From contig JACOQA010000001.1 in NCBI GenBank assembly GCA_014297435.1, positions 192,001 through 256,000 of the forward strand: a stretch of DNA of 64,000 bases, written 5' to 3'. The notes beneath the pieces were generated by a model that was not told the origin of the DNA, ran no database searches, and saw only the letters and a list, made by a program, of their open reading frames with translations. Source of the stretch: Candidatus Nanohaloarchaea archaeon (GTDB lineage Archaea > Nanohalarchaeota > Nanosalinia > Nanosalinales > Nanosalinaceae). Shown here in pieces: positions 37,064-46,408 of the stretch; the first letter of the stretch is position 1, and each line of letters starts with the position of its first letter. A program made the translations under genes and the position numbers.

Positions 37064-37837
37064 TTAAATAGGGCTTTTATCCGAGTTTTTATACTGGTTT
37101 TGAGTTCTTTCAAACCTTCCAAGCCGGCTGGTCATTCCCTCCACAGCTTCGTAGTCAAGCCCTACATCTTCAGCTGAACTGCCGGAAACGAACATGTAGA
37201 CGCCGGCAACCTCTTCAGGTGTTTCTGCCAGCAACTCTTCCTCCTCACCGAAATCAGCGAAGTCGGAAAAAGAGATGTAATCGGGATCGGAGCCCCAGTA
37301 CCTCTCAGCGGCTGTTTTCCCAACCGATTGAAACTCATCGGGCAGCAGAACAGTCTCCGGCACTACATTCAGATCTGTGTTCATTACTCCCCATTTCACC
37401 TCGTCGCCATACGTCTCCTCAAGCCGATAACCTTTTTCTTCGACAGTTTCCTCGATCAGTTCTTCAAATGGCCTATCGATCTCATCTTCTGTGTAGTTTC
37501 CTTCTACTAGCCAATCAAAGCCTTGGTAGAACCTGTCCGGGTTGAAAGCTAGAGGGTTCTGATCGAAGGACTGGATTTTTACGTCTCTGAAGCTTGTCTC
37601 GGTAAAAACAGGTCTGTTGAAAGCTCGACCGGTATCCTTGAAACTGACGCAGTCAAGTTTCACAACCGCCCTTTCAATCCAGTGACGGTTCAAACCGGTA
37701 TTTGCATAAATCTTTCCCACGCCGTTCAGGACGTCCAGTATGTAATCTTTATCGTATTCTTCGGGTAATTCCTCTCTTAAGGCTGTTCCGGCATTTCTGC
37801 CTTTCTCCGGAACCCCGATAACAGACTCATTTGTCAC
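37064..37837 (-). CDS. Acidic hypothetical protein
   Basis: Long acidic ORF; probable GTG start overlapping the upstream AbrB gene. Confidence 0.7.
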   Translation of the reverse strand: MTNESVIGVPEKGRNAGTALREELPEEYDKDYILDVLNGVGKIYANTGLNRHWIERAVVKLDCVSFKDTGRAFNRPVFTETSFRDVKIQSFDQNPLAFNPDRFYQGFDWLVEGNYTEDEIDRPFEELIEETVEEKGYRLEETYGDEVKWGVMNTDLNVVPETVLLPDEFQSVGKTAAERYWGSDPDYISFSDFADFGEEEELLAETPEEVAGVYMFVSGSSAEDVGLDYEAVEGMTSRLGRFERTQNQYKNSDKSPI

Positions 37838-38090
37838 GGAGAACTGCCTCCAGTACTTCTCCATCAAAGCTGAACTCTTTCACATCTTTGATGTCTGAAA
37901 CAATTTCCAGGGCCTCAGATTTTGATGAAACCTTTTCTCTAACTACTCTGGTAGACCGGAGTGCAATTGAAACCCTGTCTCCTTTTTTCAGGTTAAATTT
38001 GTCTCTGATTCTAGCAGGGGCCGTTATACGGCCTTTAGAATCTATTTTGCCTGAAAAAGATACGCCAGAGCTGCATGTGAACCCGGTCAC
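37827..38090 (-). CDS. AbrB/MazE/MraZ-like DNA-binding protein
   Basis: KIDSKGRITAPARIRDKFNLKKGDRV. Confidence 0.85.
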   Translation of the reverse strand: MTGFTCSSGVSFSGKIDSKGRITAPARIRDKFNLKKGDRVSIALRSTRVVREKVSSKSEALEIVSDIKDVKEFSFDGEVLEAVLRDK

Positions 38091-38211
38091 CCTTGGTTGA
38101 TCGGATCTGTGAGCTAGAATTATCTAGAAGATTTTGAGAGCTATTCGAAACTTGTTCGTCTTCCCTGTCCAGGGAGATGATCGTATCCACCTTGCATTAG
38201 TGATCGCCTAT

Positions 38212-38260
38212 CCACCAAAAAATCACTGAAGGTATATAAATACAAGTGGTATATGGGTGG
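38212..38260. promoter_or_regulatory. Inverted CCACC-N5-AYCACT boxes flanking a TATA box
   Basis: CCACCaaaaaATCACT (38212-27), TATATAAATA (38233-42), AGTGGTatatgGGTGG (38245-60). Confidence 0.45.
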
Positions 38261-38313
38261 GAGAATCGGTCTGTTAGTCGTTGTGAACGATTACACGAAT
38301 CGATAAAAGGCAG

Positions 38314-38760
38314 TTGAACGCCGAGAGTTACATGCAGTTCGGCATGAGAAGCTTCAAGGCCTCCAAACCGATCGATGAATATCGGGAGTTCAGAGAGGTC
38401 TACGCAGAGTTGACATCCTCTTTAATCCAGCACGGTTTCGATTTTGACGCCCGACCCAAGTTCGATGAGGACGAAAGACATAGCTCGGTCTGTATATACG
38501 GCGACGACTTCAGGTTTGAAATCGACTATTACCCTGTGGAAGCCCATTTCGATTCATGGCGCGAACAGCTGGATGCCGAATCATGGGCAACCCTTGAAGC
38601 GGATCTCAGAGTTTCTAAAGATCTAAGCTCTGCTAGAGAGTACATGGAGTCCAACTTCGGCACCGATAACCTGGAGGAGAGTGACGAATCTCTCAAAGAG
38701 TATGTTGAGAGAAGATTTGAGAAGCTGGAGCGAACGTTCGACGGACTCGGAACTAACTAA
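38314..38760 (+). CDS. Acidic hypothetical protein
   Basis: 148-aa ORF; start uncertain. Confidence 0.65.
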   Translation: MNAESYMQFGMRSFKASKPIDEYREFREVYAELTSSLIQHGFDFDARPKFDEDERHSSVCIYGDDFRFEIDYYPVEAHFDSWREQLDAESWATLEADLRVSKDLSSAREYMESNFGTDNLEESDESLKEYVERRFEKLERTFDGLGTN

Positions 38761-38783
38761 AACACCGGAGTGAAACCGGAACC

Positions 38784-39254
38784 ATGGGAGACTTCTCTGA
38801 ACATGTCCTGTTCGGAATGCTGTCAGCCTCGGTCGCGTTCTACCTCGTAAGCGACTTCGTCAACCTGACCGGTGCAGAGACAGTGATGGCGGGAACCATG
38901 CTTTTCATAGGATCGGTACTTCCTGACATAGATCACAAAAACTCTTACGTGCATAGAGCCGCAAAAGCAACTCTAAGTATTTCAACAGGAATTTTCTTGG
39001 CTTTGCTTGCTCCTTTCGGTGTAAAAGACAGATTTCTGCTTGGAATGGCAGGTTTTACAGCCGTGTACATAGGTTTCTCCATGTTGAAGATGAAGCACCG
39101 GGGTTTCACTCACTCAATTCTTTTCGCTTTCACAGTCACCATGCTTGTCGCCGCTTTCGGTCTTTACTCGGCTTCAACGCTTGCCCCGGCCGTAGCTGTA
39201 ATGCTGGGAATAAGCTCCCACTTGATACTTGACGGAGAGTTCAAGCTCCGTTAG
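38784..39254 (+). CDS. Membrane metal-dependent hydrolase (YdjM-like)
   Basis: EH, GSVLPDIDH, KHRGFTHS, SHLILD. Confidence 0.88.
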   Translation: MGDFSEHVLFGMLSASVAFYLVSDFVNLTGAETVMAGTMLFIGSVLPDIDHKNSYVHRAAKATLSISTGIFLALLAPFGVKDRFLLGMAGFTAVYIGFSMLKMKHRGFTHSILFAFTVTMLVAAFGLYSASTLAPAVAVMLGISSHLILDGEFKLR

Positions 39255-39700
39255 TTTATGTCTGCGACGTCTTCCATCGTCGCTTTTCTGGAGTCAGCGT
39301 CGTCGTTTCTGGAGTAGTCAGCGACCTCAGGATTGGTGTAGAGCTTGATATCGAACTTCTTCGATATCTTTTTCGCCAGAGGCTTGTCGGGCTTTAACTG
39401 TTCCTGCTCAAGCTTTTTGAGAAGTGATTCTTTCTCGTTTATATCCTCTGCGACCTCTGCGATTGAAAGCTGCTTTGATTCACGTGCTTTCTTGATCTTC
39501 TCGCCGTAACCGTTGACGAGAACGTCTTTGCTCGATGATTTCTTCTTTCTTTTTTTCTTTTTCCTCTTCTTGCTGCTTGAAGATGAGCCTACTTCATCAC
39601 CCATCGATGCACATGATTCGCAGGTCTTGAGGATTGTTCCCTCGATTTTAACTTTCTTCAGAGAATCTGCTTCTTGTCCACATAGTTCACACGATGACAT
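39251..39700 (-). CDS. mbf1: Archaeal multiprotein bridging factor aMBF1
   Basis: CELCG...CESC zinc ribbon, basic linker, HTH (IKKARE...INEKES), TMED end. Confidence 0.9.
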   Translation of the reverse strand: MSSCELCGQEADSLKKVKIEGTILKTCESCASMGDEVGSSSSSKKRKKKKRKKKSSSKDVLVNGYGEKIKKARESKQLSIAEVAEDINEKESLLKKLEQEQLKPDKPLAKKISKKFDIKLYTNPEVADYSRNDDADSRKATMEDVADIN

Positions 39701-39859
39701 TCTTGGTTCACGGATATATAGTCGCTAAGTTGTGTTTGTACTAACGTCAAACTCTTTCCCGAGGTTTAATACCTTTACGCCGCATCGGAAACATTTTAAA
39801 TCAAAAACCAATTTATCTCCTACAAATGGTTTAAACATTTTGTCCTTCTCGTAAATTTT

Positions 39860-40543
39860 ATGTCGGATATAGAGACACTTTTACGTTCCAATTTAGAACA
39901 TTCGGAAAACTTCGAAGACTGCTTTGATGATTTACAGGACTCTCAGTTGCCACACTCTGTAACTTTATGTTGTTCTGACTCAAGAGTACTCCAGGATCAT
40001 GCATGGGGCAACGATCAACCAGGTGAAATATTTACGGTAAGTAACATCGGAAACAGAACTTACCAAAAAACAGAAAATGGTGAAACGCCTTCGGGAGATG
40101 TTCTGTATCCAGTTGTCCATACTGATACCGACAATATTGTTGTCATGGGTCACACGGGATGCGGTGCTGTAACGGCAACTTATGATTCTTTAACAGGTAG
40201 TCTTGAAGGAGAAGAACCCGAGGGAATAGAGTACTGTGTAGGGCTTCTCGAATCAAGACTTGAAGAAGGAGTAGATGAGCTCCCTGAAGGACTTGAAAGA
40301 CCAGAAGCTATTAACAGGCTTGTAGAATACAACGTTGACCGACAGGTAGAGTTCCTTGATGAGTCAGAAGAGGTTCCAGATGATGTCAATGTTTACGGTG
40401 TTGTCTATGACTTTCAGGATGTCTACTCTGGTTCGAGAGGCGAGATCCACCTTATCAACGTAGATGGAGAGAACAAAGTAGAGGACTTAAAGGATTCTTA
40501 TCCTGAGGTACAGGACAGGGTTGAAAGACTCTGGGAGTACTAA
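39860..40543 (+). CDS. Beta-class carbonic anhydrase
   Basis: CCSDSRV, NIGN, GHTGCGAV. Confidence 0.92.
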   Translation: MSDIETLLRSNLEHSENFEDCFDDLQDSQLPHSVTLCCSDSRVLQDHAWGNDQPGEIFTVSNIGNRTYQKTENGETPSGDVLYPVVHTDTDNIVVMGHTGCGAVTATYDSLTGSLEGEEPEGIEYCVGLLESRLEEGVDELPEGLERPEAINRLVEYNVDRQVEFLDESEEVPDDVNVYGVVYDFQDVYSGSRGEIHLINVDGENKVEDLKDSYPEVQDRVERLWEY

Positions 40544-40609
40544 AACTATTTCTCTCCTCTTTCCTAATTTTTCCTAAATTATTTGACTTCAAGAACGATA
40601 TTATACAGC

Positions 40610-40864
40610 ATGGGACGGGGGATGTATCTTTACAGAGGGGAAATGGATGAAACCGAGTTCGGGAATCTACAAGAAAAAATACTCAAGGAATATGGTATGT
40701 AGAAAGGGGTTGACTATTAAATTGGTGATGAACCAGATAATCCTAAACTAGGTATGAATCCAGATGATCCGGAACTGAAGGTAGACGTTGTCCCCTTGAG
40801 TCTAACAGTACCTTATTACGGCGAAGAAGATGTACTTGAAGCCTTTGGAAATCTAACGGATTGA
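40610..40864 (+). pseudogene. Acidic ORF with two in-frame stops
   Basis: MGRGMYLYRGEMDETEFGNLQEKILKEYGM*KGVDY*IGDEPDNP...; TAG 40700, TAA 40718. Confidence 0.55.
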
Positions 40865-40896
40865 TTCTCTCTATATCGGTTTCAAATGAAACGGAT

Positions 40897-41439
40897 TTAT
40901 TCCCCGAGTTTCCTCATAGTGTAACCATAAACGAAGCTAACCATTGATATTCCAAAGAGTCCTAGAGCTAGGAATAGGAACAGATCTGCGGATACAAGTC
41001 CGCTTTCGGAAGCTTTCTGCGCCTTTTCTGCTGTATCCATAGCTCCCATTTGGTTCATCGTAGTCATGGCAGAGGCTGCTTCCTCCTGAGCTTTCTGCTT
41101 TCCAAGCTGTGTGAACGAATAAGTCCCTATGCCTAACGCGGCAATTCCTGAAATCGCTGAGCCGGTAAGTGAGAACTTGACTTTTCTTTCTTTTCCGTTT
41201 ACTATCGTTTCAGCTTTTCTCGTAGGCTTGTAAACCACTCGCTTCCGTCCATCTTTCTCGTCTTTTTCGACGAGTTCTGCTTCGTGAAGCTTTGTCAGGT
41301 GAGAGGAGACAGTTGACTTGGACTTGCCTATCTCATTACTTATGCTGGTAGGTGTTGCGTCTTTCTCCATTACGCTGTTTAGTATCCTGATCCTTGTTGG
41401 TGAGGAGAGTGCTTTAACGGCGTTGAAGTCAAGTTCCAT
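40897..41439 (-). CDS. Membrane-anchored ArsR-type wHTH regulator (two TM helices)
   Basis: KALSSPTRIRIL...KSKSTVSSHLTKL...KRVVYKPT followed by two hydrophobic segments. Confidence 0.88.
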   Translation of the reverse strand: MELDFNAVKALSSPTRIRILNSVMEKDATPTSISNEIGKSKSTVSSHLTKLHEAELVEKDEKDGRKRVVYKPTRKAETIVNGKERKVKFSLTGSAISGIAALGIGTYSFTQLGKQKAQEEAASAMTTMNQMGAMDTAEKAQKASESGLVSADLFLFLALGLFGISMVSFVYGYTMRKLGE

Positions 41440-41480
41440 GATCTAAACTTTCTTAGGGTATCTTTTATTTTTCATATCTG

Positions 41481-41504
41481 TTTGTTCGAGTTGAGTCGAA
41501 CAAA
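41481..41504. promoter_or_regulatory. Perfect inverted repeat TTTGTTCGA-N6-TCGAACAAA upstream of the ArsR-TM gene
   Basis: About 40 bp upstream of the start codon; core matches 6410-6427. Confidence 0.65.
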
Positions 41505-41692
41505 TTTTTGTAGGTCGCTGAACCTGTTTTTATGTGTTGCCATAGGTGTGAGCTGGTATTAACTCTTCTCGACCTTGTTTTTAAGGGTTTCGGCGAGAAC
41601 CCGGTTTTTAGACCTTAGTAGTAAAGATTTCAGGGAGTATCGCCCGTACCTATAAAAAAGAGGCTTCATAATGTTTCCTTGGTGATCAGAAC

Positions 41693-41860
41693 ATGGTAGA
41701 CGTACTTAAGAAGTCTGGCGTCCGTGACGCAGCTGACGGAGTCAACGTAGGCTCCGATTTCTATGAAGCTCTAGACGACGAGGTAAAGGACCTTGTAGAA
41801 AGAGCAGTAGAAAGAGCACAGGAAAACGGACGAAAGACCGTCAAGGCAAGAGACGTTTAA
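41693..41860 (+). CDS. 55-aa short histone (DUF1931/face-to-face type; not in ORF track)
   Basis: MVDVLKKSGVRDAADGVNVGSDFYEALDDEVKDLVERAVERAQENGRKTVKARDV; TATAAAAA at 41651, GGTGATC SD, T-rich tract after the stop. Confidence 0.9.
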   Translation: MVDVLKKSGVRDAADGVNVGSDFYEALDDEVKDLVERAVERAQENGRKTVKARDV

Positions 41861-41931
41861 AATACGTTCTCTAGCTTTCTAATTTCAACTGTTTCCCTTT
41901 TTATTTTCACGAAGAAAGAAAATTAAATGTA

Positions 41932-42147
41932 TTAGAGCTCTTCGCCCCTTCTCTCGACTTCATCCAGGTACATTTCGATCTCCTGAAGTGCTTCCCTTAA
42001 CTCTTCAACGGTCTCAATATTCTCTATAGGCAATCTACCTAGGTCTCCCTCGTTAATAGTGATTACAGCTTTTCCATCATCAGCCTCTACCTTAAATTCG
42101 AGGACATCATGAGGTCCTTCTTTGAATTCGTGTAAGATCTCGTTCAT
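41932..42147 (-). CDS. Small acidic hypothetical protein
   Basis: 71-aa ORF, 3 bp downstream of the mutase. Confidence 0.7.
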   Translation of the reverse strand: MNEILHEFKEGPHDVLEFKVEADDGKAVITINEGDLGRLPIENIETVEELREALQEIEMYLDEVERRGEEL

Positions 42148-42150
42148 AAA

Positions 42151-43485
42151 CTATACAGTTTTCGAGACGGTTTTATGGTTTCCGGGAACCTTCGATCTTA
42201 TTCTCTCCAGAAGCTTCTCCATCTCCTCTTCATCTTCACCCTCTAATGTGACACGGACTATTGGCTCCGATCCAGAAGATCTTATCTTCGCTTCAACCTG
42301 CTCTTTTCGGATTATAACAGTATCAAGCTTTCTATTGACAGTTCCTTCAGTCTCTATATCTTCTATTTTATTCACGGCTTCGTGCTTCTGGTCTGTTTCA
42401 AGGTTTTTCTTGGATATCTTTCTCTGAGGCAGTTTCTCCTGCATCAGGGAAAGCCTTTCATCCTTTTCAATTAGTAGTCCTGCTACTACAGCTGTGAAGA
42501 GACAGCCACTGTCATAGGGCGTGAAATTCGAGTCCATTAAGTGACCGTTAGGCTCTCCTCCAAAAACCGTTTCCCCGTCTGTAAGTATGTCACCTACCTC
42601 GACGTGCTTTACCTTGTCTTTTCCAACTACTTCCTCGATAAGCCCGCTTGAATTTATTGTGCAGATAATTTTACTGGAGAACTCGAGATACTTGGCGCCA
42701 AGAAGCGCTAAGGTGTGGTCTCCAGGAATATACTCCCCCTTTTCATTTACAAAAACAGCTCTGTCAGCATCCCCGTCTGTTGCAACACCCATGTCGGCGT
42801 CTGAACTCTCTACTCTTTTCTTAAGACTCTTTATATTTTCTTTTTCGGGTTCAGGAGATCTTTCTGGGAATTTGTGATGAATATTTTCATTTACGGTTTC
42901 GACTTCGGCGCCCAGTTCCACCAGTATTTCTGGAAGGAACGGCGCAGAAACTGAGTGACCGGGATCAACTACAATCTTCAGCCCTTTCAAATCATCTTCG
43001 AAAATTTGGTTATAACGCGCTATTACTCCGTTTATGTACTCTCTACCGAGATCTTTTTGTCGAATTTCGCCTTCCGCTGATTCATAATCCTGATTTTTGT
43101 ATAGTTTCTCTAGCTGCTGTTTTTTCTTTCCGTGAAGTATTTTTCCGGTTTGATCCAGGGCTTTGACTCCTCCGAAGTTAGGGGGCATATGTGAGGCTGT
43201 GATGTTGGCGCCTCCATCAAAATTCTTCTTATTGACCATGTATGATATCATGTCGGTGGTAGCGATACCTACTTGGGTTACCGTACATCCTCCATCTTTC
43301 AATCCTTTGCTAAGTTGTCTGTAGAAACGTGGTGAGGATTCTCTACCGTCTCGACCAACAACTATGTTTCCGGTGTTGTTATAGAAGTGTGCGAGTGCTC
43401 GTCCCAGTCTGTAGATTTTTTCGGAGTTGATTTCCTCTGGCACTTTACCCCTTATATCGTATCTTCGGAACAGTTCGTCTGTCAT
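42151..43485 (-). CDS. Phosphohexomutase (PMM/PGM family)
   Basis: FRRYDIRG, ITASH phosphoserine loop, DGDADR, RSSGSEP. Confidence 0.92.
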   Translation of the reverse strand: MTDELFRRYDIRGKVPEEINSEKIYRLGRALAHFYNNTGNIVVGRDGRESSPRFYRQLSKGLKDGGCTVTQVGIATTDMISYMVNKKNFDGGANITASHMPPNFGGVKALDQTGKILHGKKKQQLEKLYKNQDYESAEGEIRQKDLGREYINGVIARYNQIFEDDLKGLKIVVDPGHSVSAPFLPEILVELGAEVETVNENIHHKFPERSPEPEKENIKSLKKRVESSDADMGVATDGDADRAVFVNEKGEYIPGDHTLALLGAKYLEFSSKIICTINSSGLIEEVVGKDKVKHVEVGDILTDGETVFGGEPNGHLMDSNFTPYDSGCLFTAVVAGLLIEKDERLSLMQEKLPQRKISKKNLETDQKHEAVNKIEDIETEGTVNRKLDTVIIRKEQVEAKIRSSGSEPIVRVTLEGEDEEEMEKLLERIRSKVPGNHKTVSKTV

Positions 43486-43534
43486 TCCTGCATTCGATTA
43501 GTCGGTGGACGAACATTAAAGTCTATGTGCCTAT

Positions 43535-44053
43535 CTATAGATGTTTCTTCGCATATGTTTCTTTGTTCTTCTCGATCTTATCTACAAGATCTTTCATCCC
43601 CATCTCACTTCTCTTGAATAGAATGCCTGAGACATCCACTCTGTCAAGCTCTTCTTGAGTATCATCAACCAGCACATCAATATCATGAATTTCTTTCGAC
43701 CTATCCTGAACAATGAAGAAATCGCTGAAATACTTTAGAGCACCAGAGTTCTCCAGTTTCTTTCTCTGGAATTTAGGATCTCCTCTAGTAACTATAACCT
43801 TCTCATGGTCAAGTTTATCTAGCTGTTTCACATCACTGAAAAGAAAGTTATCGGCGTTCTCAAGTTCTGAAAGAAGTGTTTCAGGTTTTACTCCTAGAAT
43901 ATCCGCATGCTCCCTGAAATCATAACCTTCATGGTTTCTAGCTTTAGAATAAGTTTCCGAGAAACGGGAAAACCTGCTCTCAAGTTCTTCTTTAAACGCA
44001 TCTGTATCGAACAACACCCGGTCAAAGTCAACGCCAATCCTCAATGGTTTCAC
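43535..44053 (-). CDS. HAD-superfamily hydrolase
   Basis: GVDFDRVLFD, VTRG, LVDD. Confidence 0.8.
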   Translation of the reverse strand: MKPLRIGVDFDRVLFDTDAFKEELESRFSRFSETYSKARNHEGYDFREHADILGVKPETLLSELENADNFLFSDVKQLDKLDHEKVIVTRGDPKFQRKKLENSGALKYFSDFFIVQDRSKEIHDIDVLVDDTQEELDRVDVSGILFKRSEMGMKDLVDKIEKNKETYAKKHL

Positions 44054-45248
44054 CGTCCTTCAATAATGTGTTGTCAGCTATGTTCTGCGTCACTTTTTCG
44101 TTGCTGTCAGTTGCAGCTCTGAAACCTATCTTTCTCCCAGGTTTGATCGTGGAGTTAACACCGATCTTGACTTCGGACGCTATTATGCTTCCGAGCTTTT
44201 TTCTACCTGTATCGTACATTTCACCTTTCACTTTCATTTTAACGTTTTCCGAATCGTTTCTCAGGTTCGCGGTTTTTGCTCCAGCACCTAGATTCACCTT
44301 TTTCCCGATGTAGGAATCTCCGATGTAGTTAAAGTGAGGGATGCCGGTTTTCTCTCCTATTATAGAGTTCTTCACTTCAGACTTTCCGACATCAACATCT
44401 TCTTCAAGAACCGTTCTAGGTCGGATGTAAGCCCCAGGACCTACTTCACAGCCTGACTTCACTACAGCAGGACCTTCTATAACAGAGTTAGAATCTATTT
44501 TAGCACCTTCTTCGATTATCACTTTGCCTTTTATCTCGGCTGAATCAGCAACATCACCTCCTATGCTGGTTTCATTGATTTGTTCAGGTAACAGGACTTC
44601 GTTTGCCTCGATCAGCTGCCATGGATAGCTGCATGGAAGCCATCTGTCCGCTTCAACACACCTAACCTCTTCATCTTCTATATACTGGTTGAGGGCGTCA
44701 GTAATCTCATACTCTCCTCTTTCAGACTTTTCAACTTTCTCAAGCAGCTCGAAGAATCTTTCCTCAACAAAGTAACAACCTATATTTACCATGTCTGATT
44801 TAGGGTTGTCGGGCTTCTCCTCCACATCGATTATTTCCCCGTCTTCAATGTCGAATACCCCAAAATTTTCAGGCTTGTCCGCTTTTTTGGCAAGTATAGC
44901 CGAGTCGTTATCTAGAACTTCTCTGACTGATTCACCGTAGATATCATCGCCGTTCAGGATCAGAGTCCTTCCATCAACCTCTTCTTTAGCCTGTAGTGCT
45001 GCATCAGCTGTACCCTGAGCTTTATCCTGCTCAACTATCTTTATCCCGGACTTTTCGCCGTAAAGTTTCTCAAACTCCTCTATCATATAGCCAGCTACAA
45101 TTACAACCTCGTCAACTTTATCCTTGATTAGCTCTATATTGTGTTCGATTATGGGTTTACCTGCCACGGGTAGAAGAGGTTTTGGTGTATCACGGGTTAG
45201 GGGTCTCATCCGGGTTCCTTCTCCCGCTGCCAGTATAACGGCTTTCAT
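44028..45248 (-). CDS. GlmU-like sugar-1-phosphate nucleotidyltransferase/acetyltransferase
   Basis: AVILAAGEGTRMRPLT..PKPLL, EKP, SERGEYEITD, HFNYIGDS, hexapeptide repeats. Confidence 0.92.
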   Translation of the reverse strand: MKAVILAAGEGTRMRPLTRDTPKPLLPVAGKPIIEHNIELIKDKVDEVVIVAGYMIEEFEKLYGEKSGIKIVEQDKAQGTADAALQAKEEVDGRTLILNGDDIYGESVREVLDNDSAILAKKADKPENFGVFDIEDGEIIDVEEKPDNPKSDMVNIGCYFVEERFFELLEKVEKSERGEYEITDALNQYIEDEEVRCVEADRWLPCSYPWQLIEANEVLLPEQINETSIGGDVADSAEIKGKVIIEEGAKIDSNSVIEGPAVVKSGCEVGPGAYIRPRTVLEEDVDVGKSEVKNSIIGEKTGIPHFNYIGDSYIGKKVNLGAGAKTANLRNDSENVKMKVKGEMYDTGRKKLGSIIASEVKIGVNSTIKPGRKIGFRAATDSNEKVTQNIADNTLLKDGETIEDWR

Positions 45249-45307
45249 TATGAATTCCAAGCGCCACGAAATACTTTATGAGTTAAGGTTGGTTTCATGA
45301 AGTCAAT

Positions 45308-46408
45308 TCACTTACTTATCTCGGATAGATCTGTTCTGGCATCCGGGACGAACTTCACGCCGTAGATAGAGTTGTTGACTTCTATGAAGCTTCTTGGACC
45401 GATAAATGACTCTCTTATTGAGGTGTTTGACTTGATGTCGGACTCCTCACCGATCACGGACTGTTCGACAACAGTTGAAGAATCCACAATATTTTCCTCG
45501 AAAAGAAGGGAAGATTCGACGTTGCAAGAGCGTAGCTGGCAGCCCTTGGAAACTGTGGAATCCGAAACAACTGCGTTGGGTCCTAAAATCGCACTCTCTC
45601 CTATATAGCAAGATCCCTCGACAACTGTCCCTGGCTTAATTTCAGCGCCTTCTTCCACCACAGCTTCTCCCAGTATCTCGACGTTTTCATGAACTTCCGC
45701 ATTCCCATCTATCTTGGTTTCACTGATCTCTTTGTTTCTCATCACTCTGTCGGCTTCCCAGAGCTTTCTAGGCGATCCGATATCGATCCAATAATCCTCA
45801 GCGAGCTCAAACCTTGCTTCACCCTTTTCAATTATCATCTCGACAGCTTCAGTAAGATCTTTTTCAGATCCCATATCGTCTAAATATTCGAAGACAGAAG
45901 GTTTGAAAGCGTAAATGCCCGTATTCACAAGCGTGTTTTCTGGGTTTTCAGGTTTTTCTTTGATTGAGTCAATTTTATCGTTCGTAATGCTTAGAACTCC
46001 GAATTTTCTGGGACTTGAGCTCTCTTTACTCAGAACAGTTACTTCTGAGTCAGAGCTTTCATGTTTCTCTATTAGAGATTTCAGATTATTCTCTGAGGTT
46101 GCGACATCGCCGTTTACAACCAGAAAATCGTCTTCGATAAAGTTGCATTCCTCTACTGCCGATCCTGTGCCTTCTATCTCTTCCTGCGTAACTATGTTTA
46201 CATCTGTGAACTCGCCGAACTCTTCACGGAACATCTCCTCCCGGTAATTTGTAACAAGATAAATATCGTCTATTCCTGATGATTTCAGTTTTCTGACGAG
46301 ATGTTTGACCAATGGCTGACCCATCACAGGCATCAAACCTGTAGGTTTCGATTCAATTAGTGGGAAAAGCGAGTCTTCTTTCTTCGCACACGGGATAACG
46401 GCTTTCAT
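45308..46408 (-). CDS. Degenerate GlmU-like nucleotidyltransferase paralog
   Basis: Fold motifs kept (VNGD, KEKP, VNTGIY, WIDIG, hexapeptide repeats) but the GxGTR loop reads PCAKKEDS. Confidence 0.82.
   Translation of the reverse strand: MKAVIPCAKKEDSLFPLIESKPTGLMPVMGQPLVKHLVRKLKSSGIDDIYLVTNYREEMFREEFGEFTDVNIVTQEEIEGTGSAVEECNFIEDDFLVVNGDVATSENNLKSLIEKHESSDSEVTVLSKESSSPRKFGVLSITNDKIDSIKEKPENPENTLVNTGIYAFKPSVFEYLDDMGSEKDLTEAVEMIIEKGEARFELAEDYWIDIGSPRKLWEADRVMRNKEISETKIDGNAEVHENVEILGEAVVEEGAEIKPGTVVEGSCYIGESAILGPNAVVSDSTVSKGCQLRSCNVESSLLFEENIVDSSTVVEQSVIGEESDIKSNTSIRESFIGPRSFIEVNNSIYGVKFVPDARTDLSEISK

Noticed and set aside
38172-38229. Possible C/D box sRNA (GAGATGA...TGATCG...CTGA)
   Set aside because: The C box is imperfect, there is no convincing D' box, and guide spacing is too long. 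The region is better explained as a promoter or operator.
39530-39590. Poly-Lys/Ser tract in aMBF1
   Set aside because: A basic low-complexity linker is normal for archaeal MBF1.
13173-40864. Stop-codon recoding as the explanation for in-frame TAA/TAG in two ORFs
   Set aside because: TAA and TAG end conserved genes throughout the window at the expected positions, so pseudogenisation is simpler.
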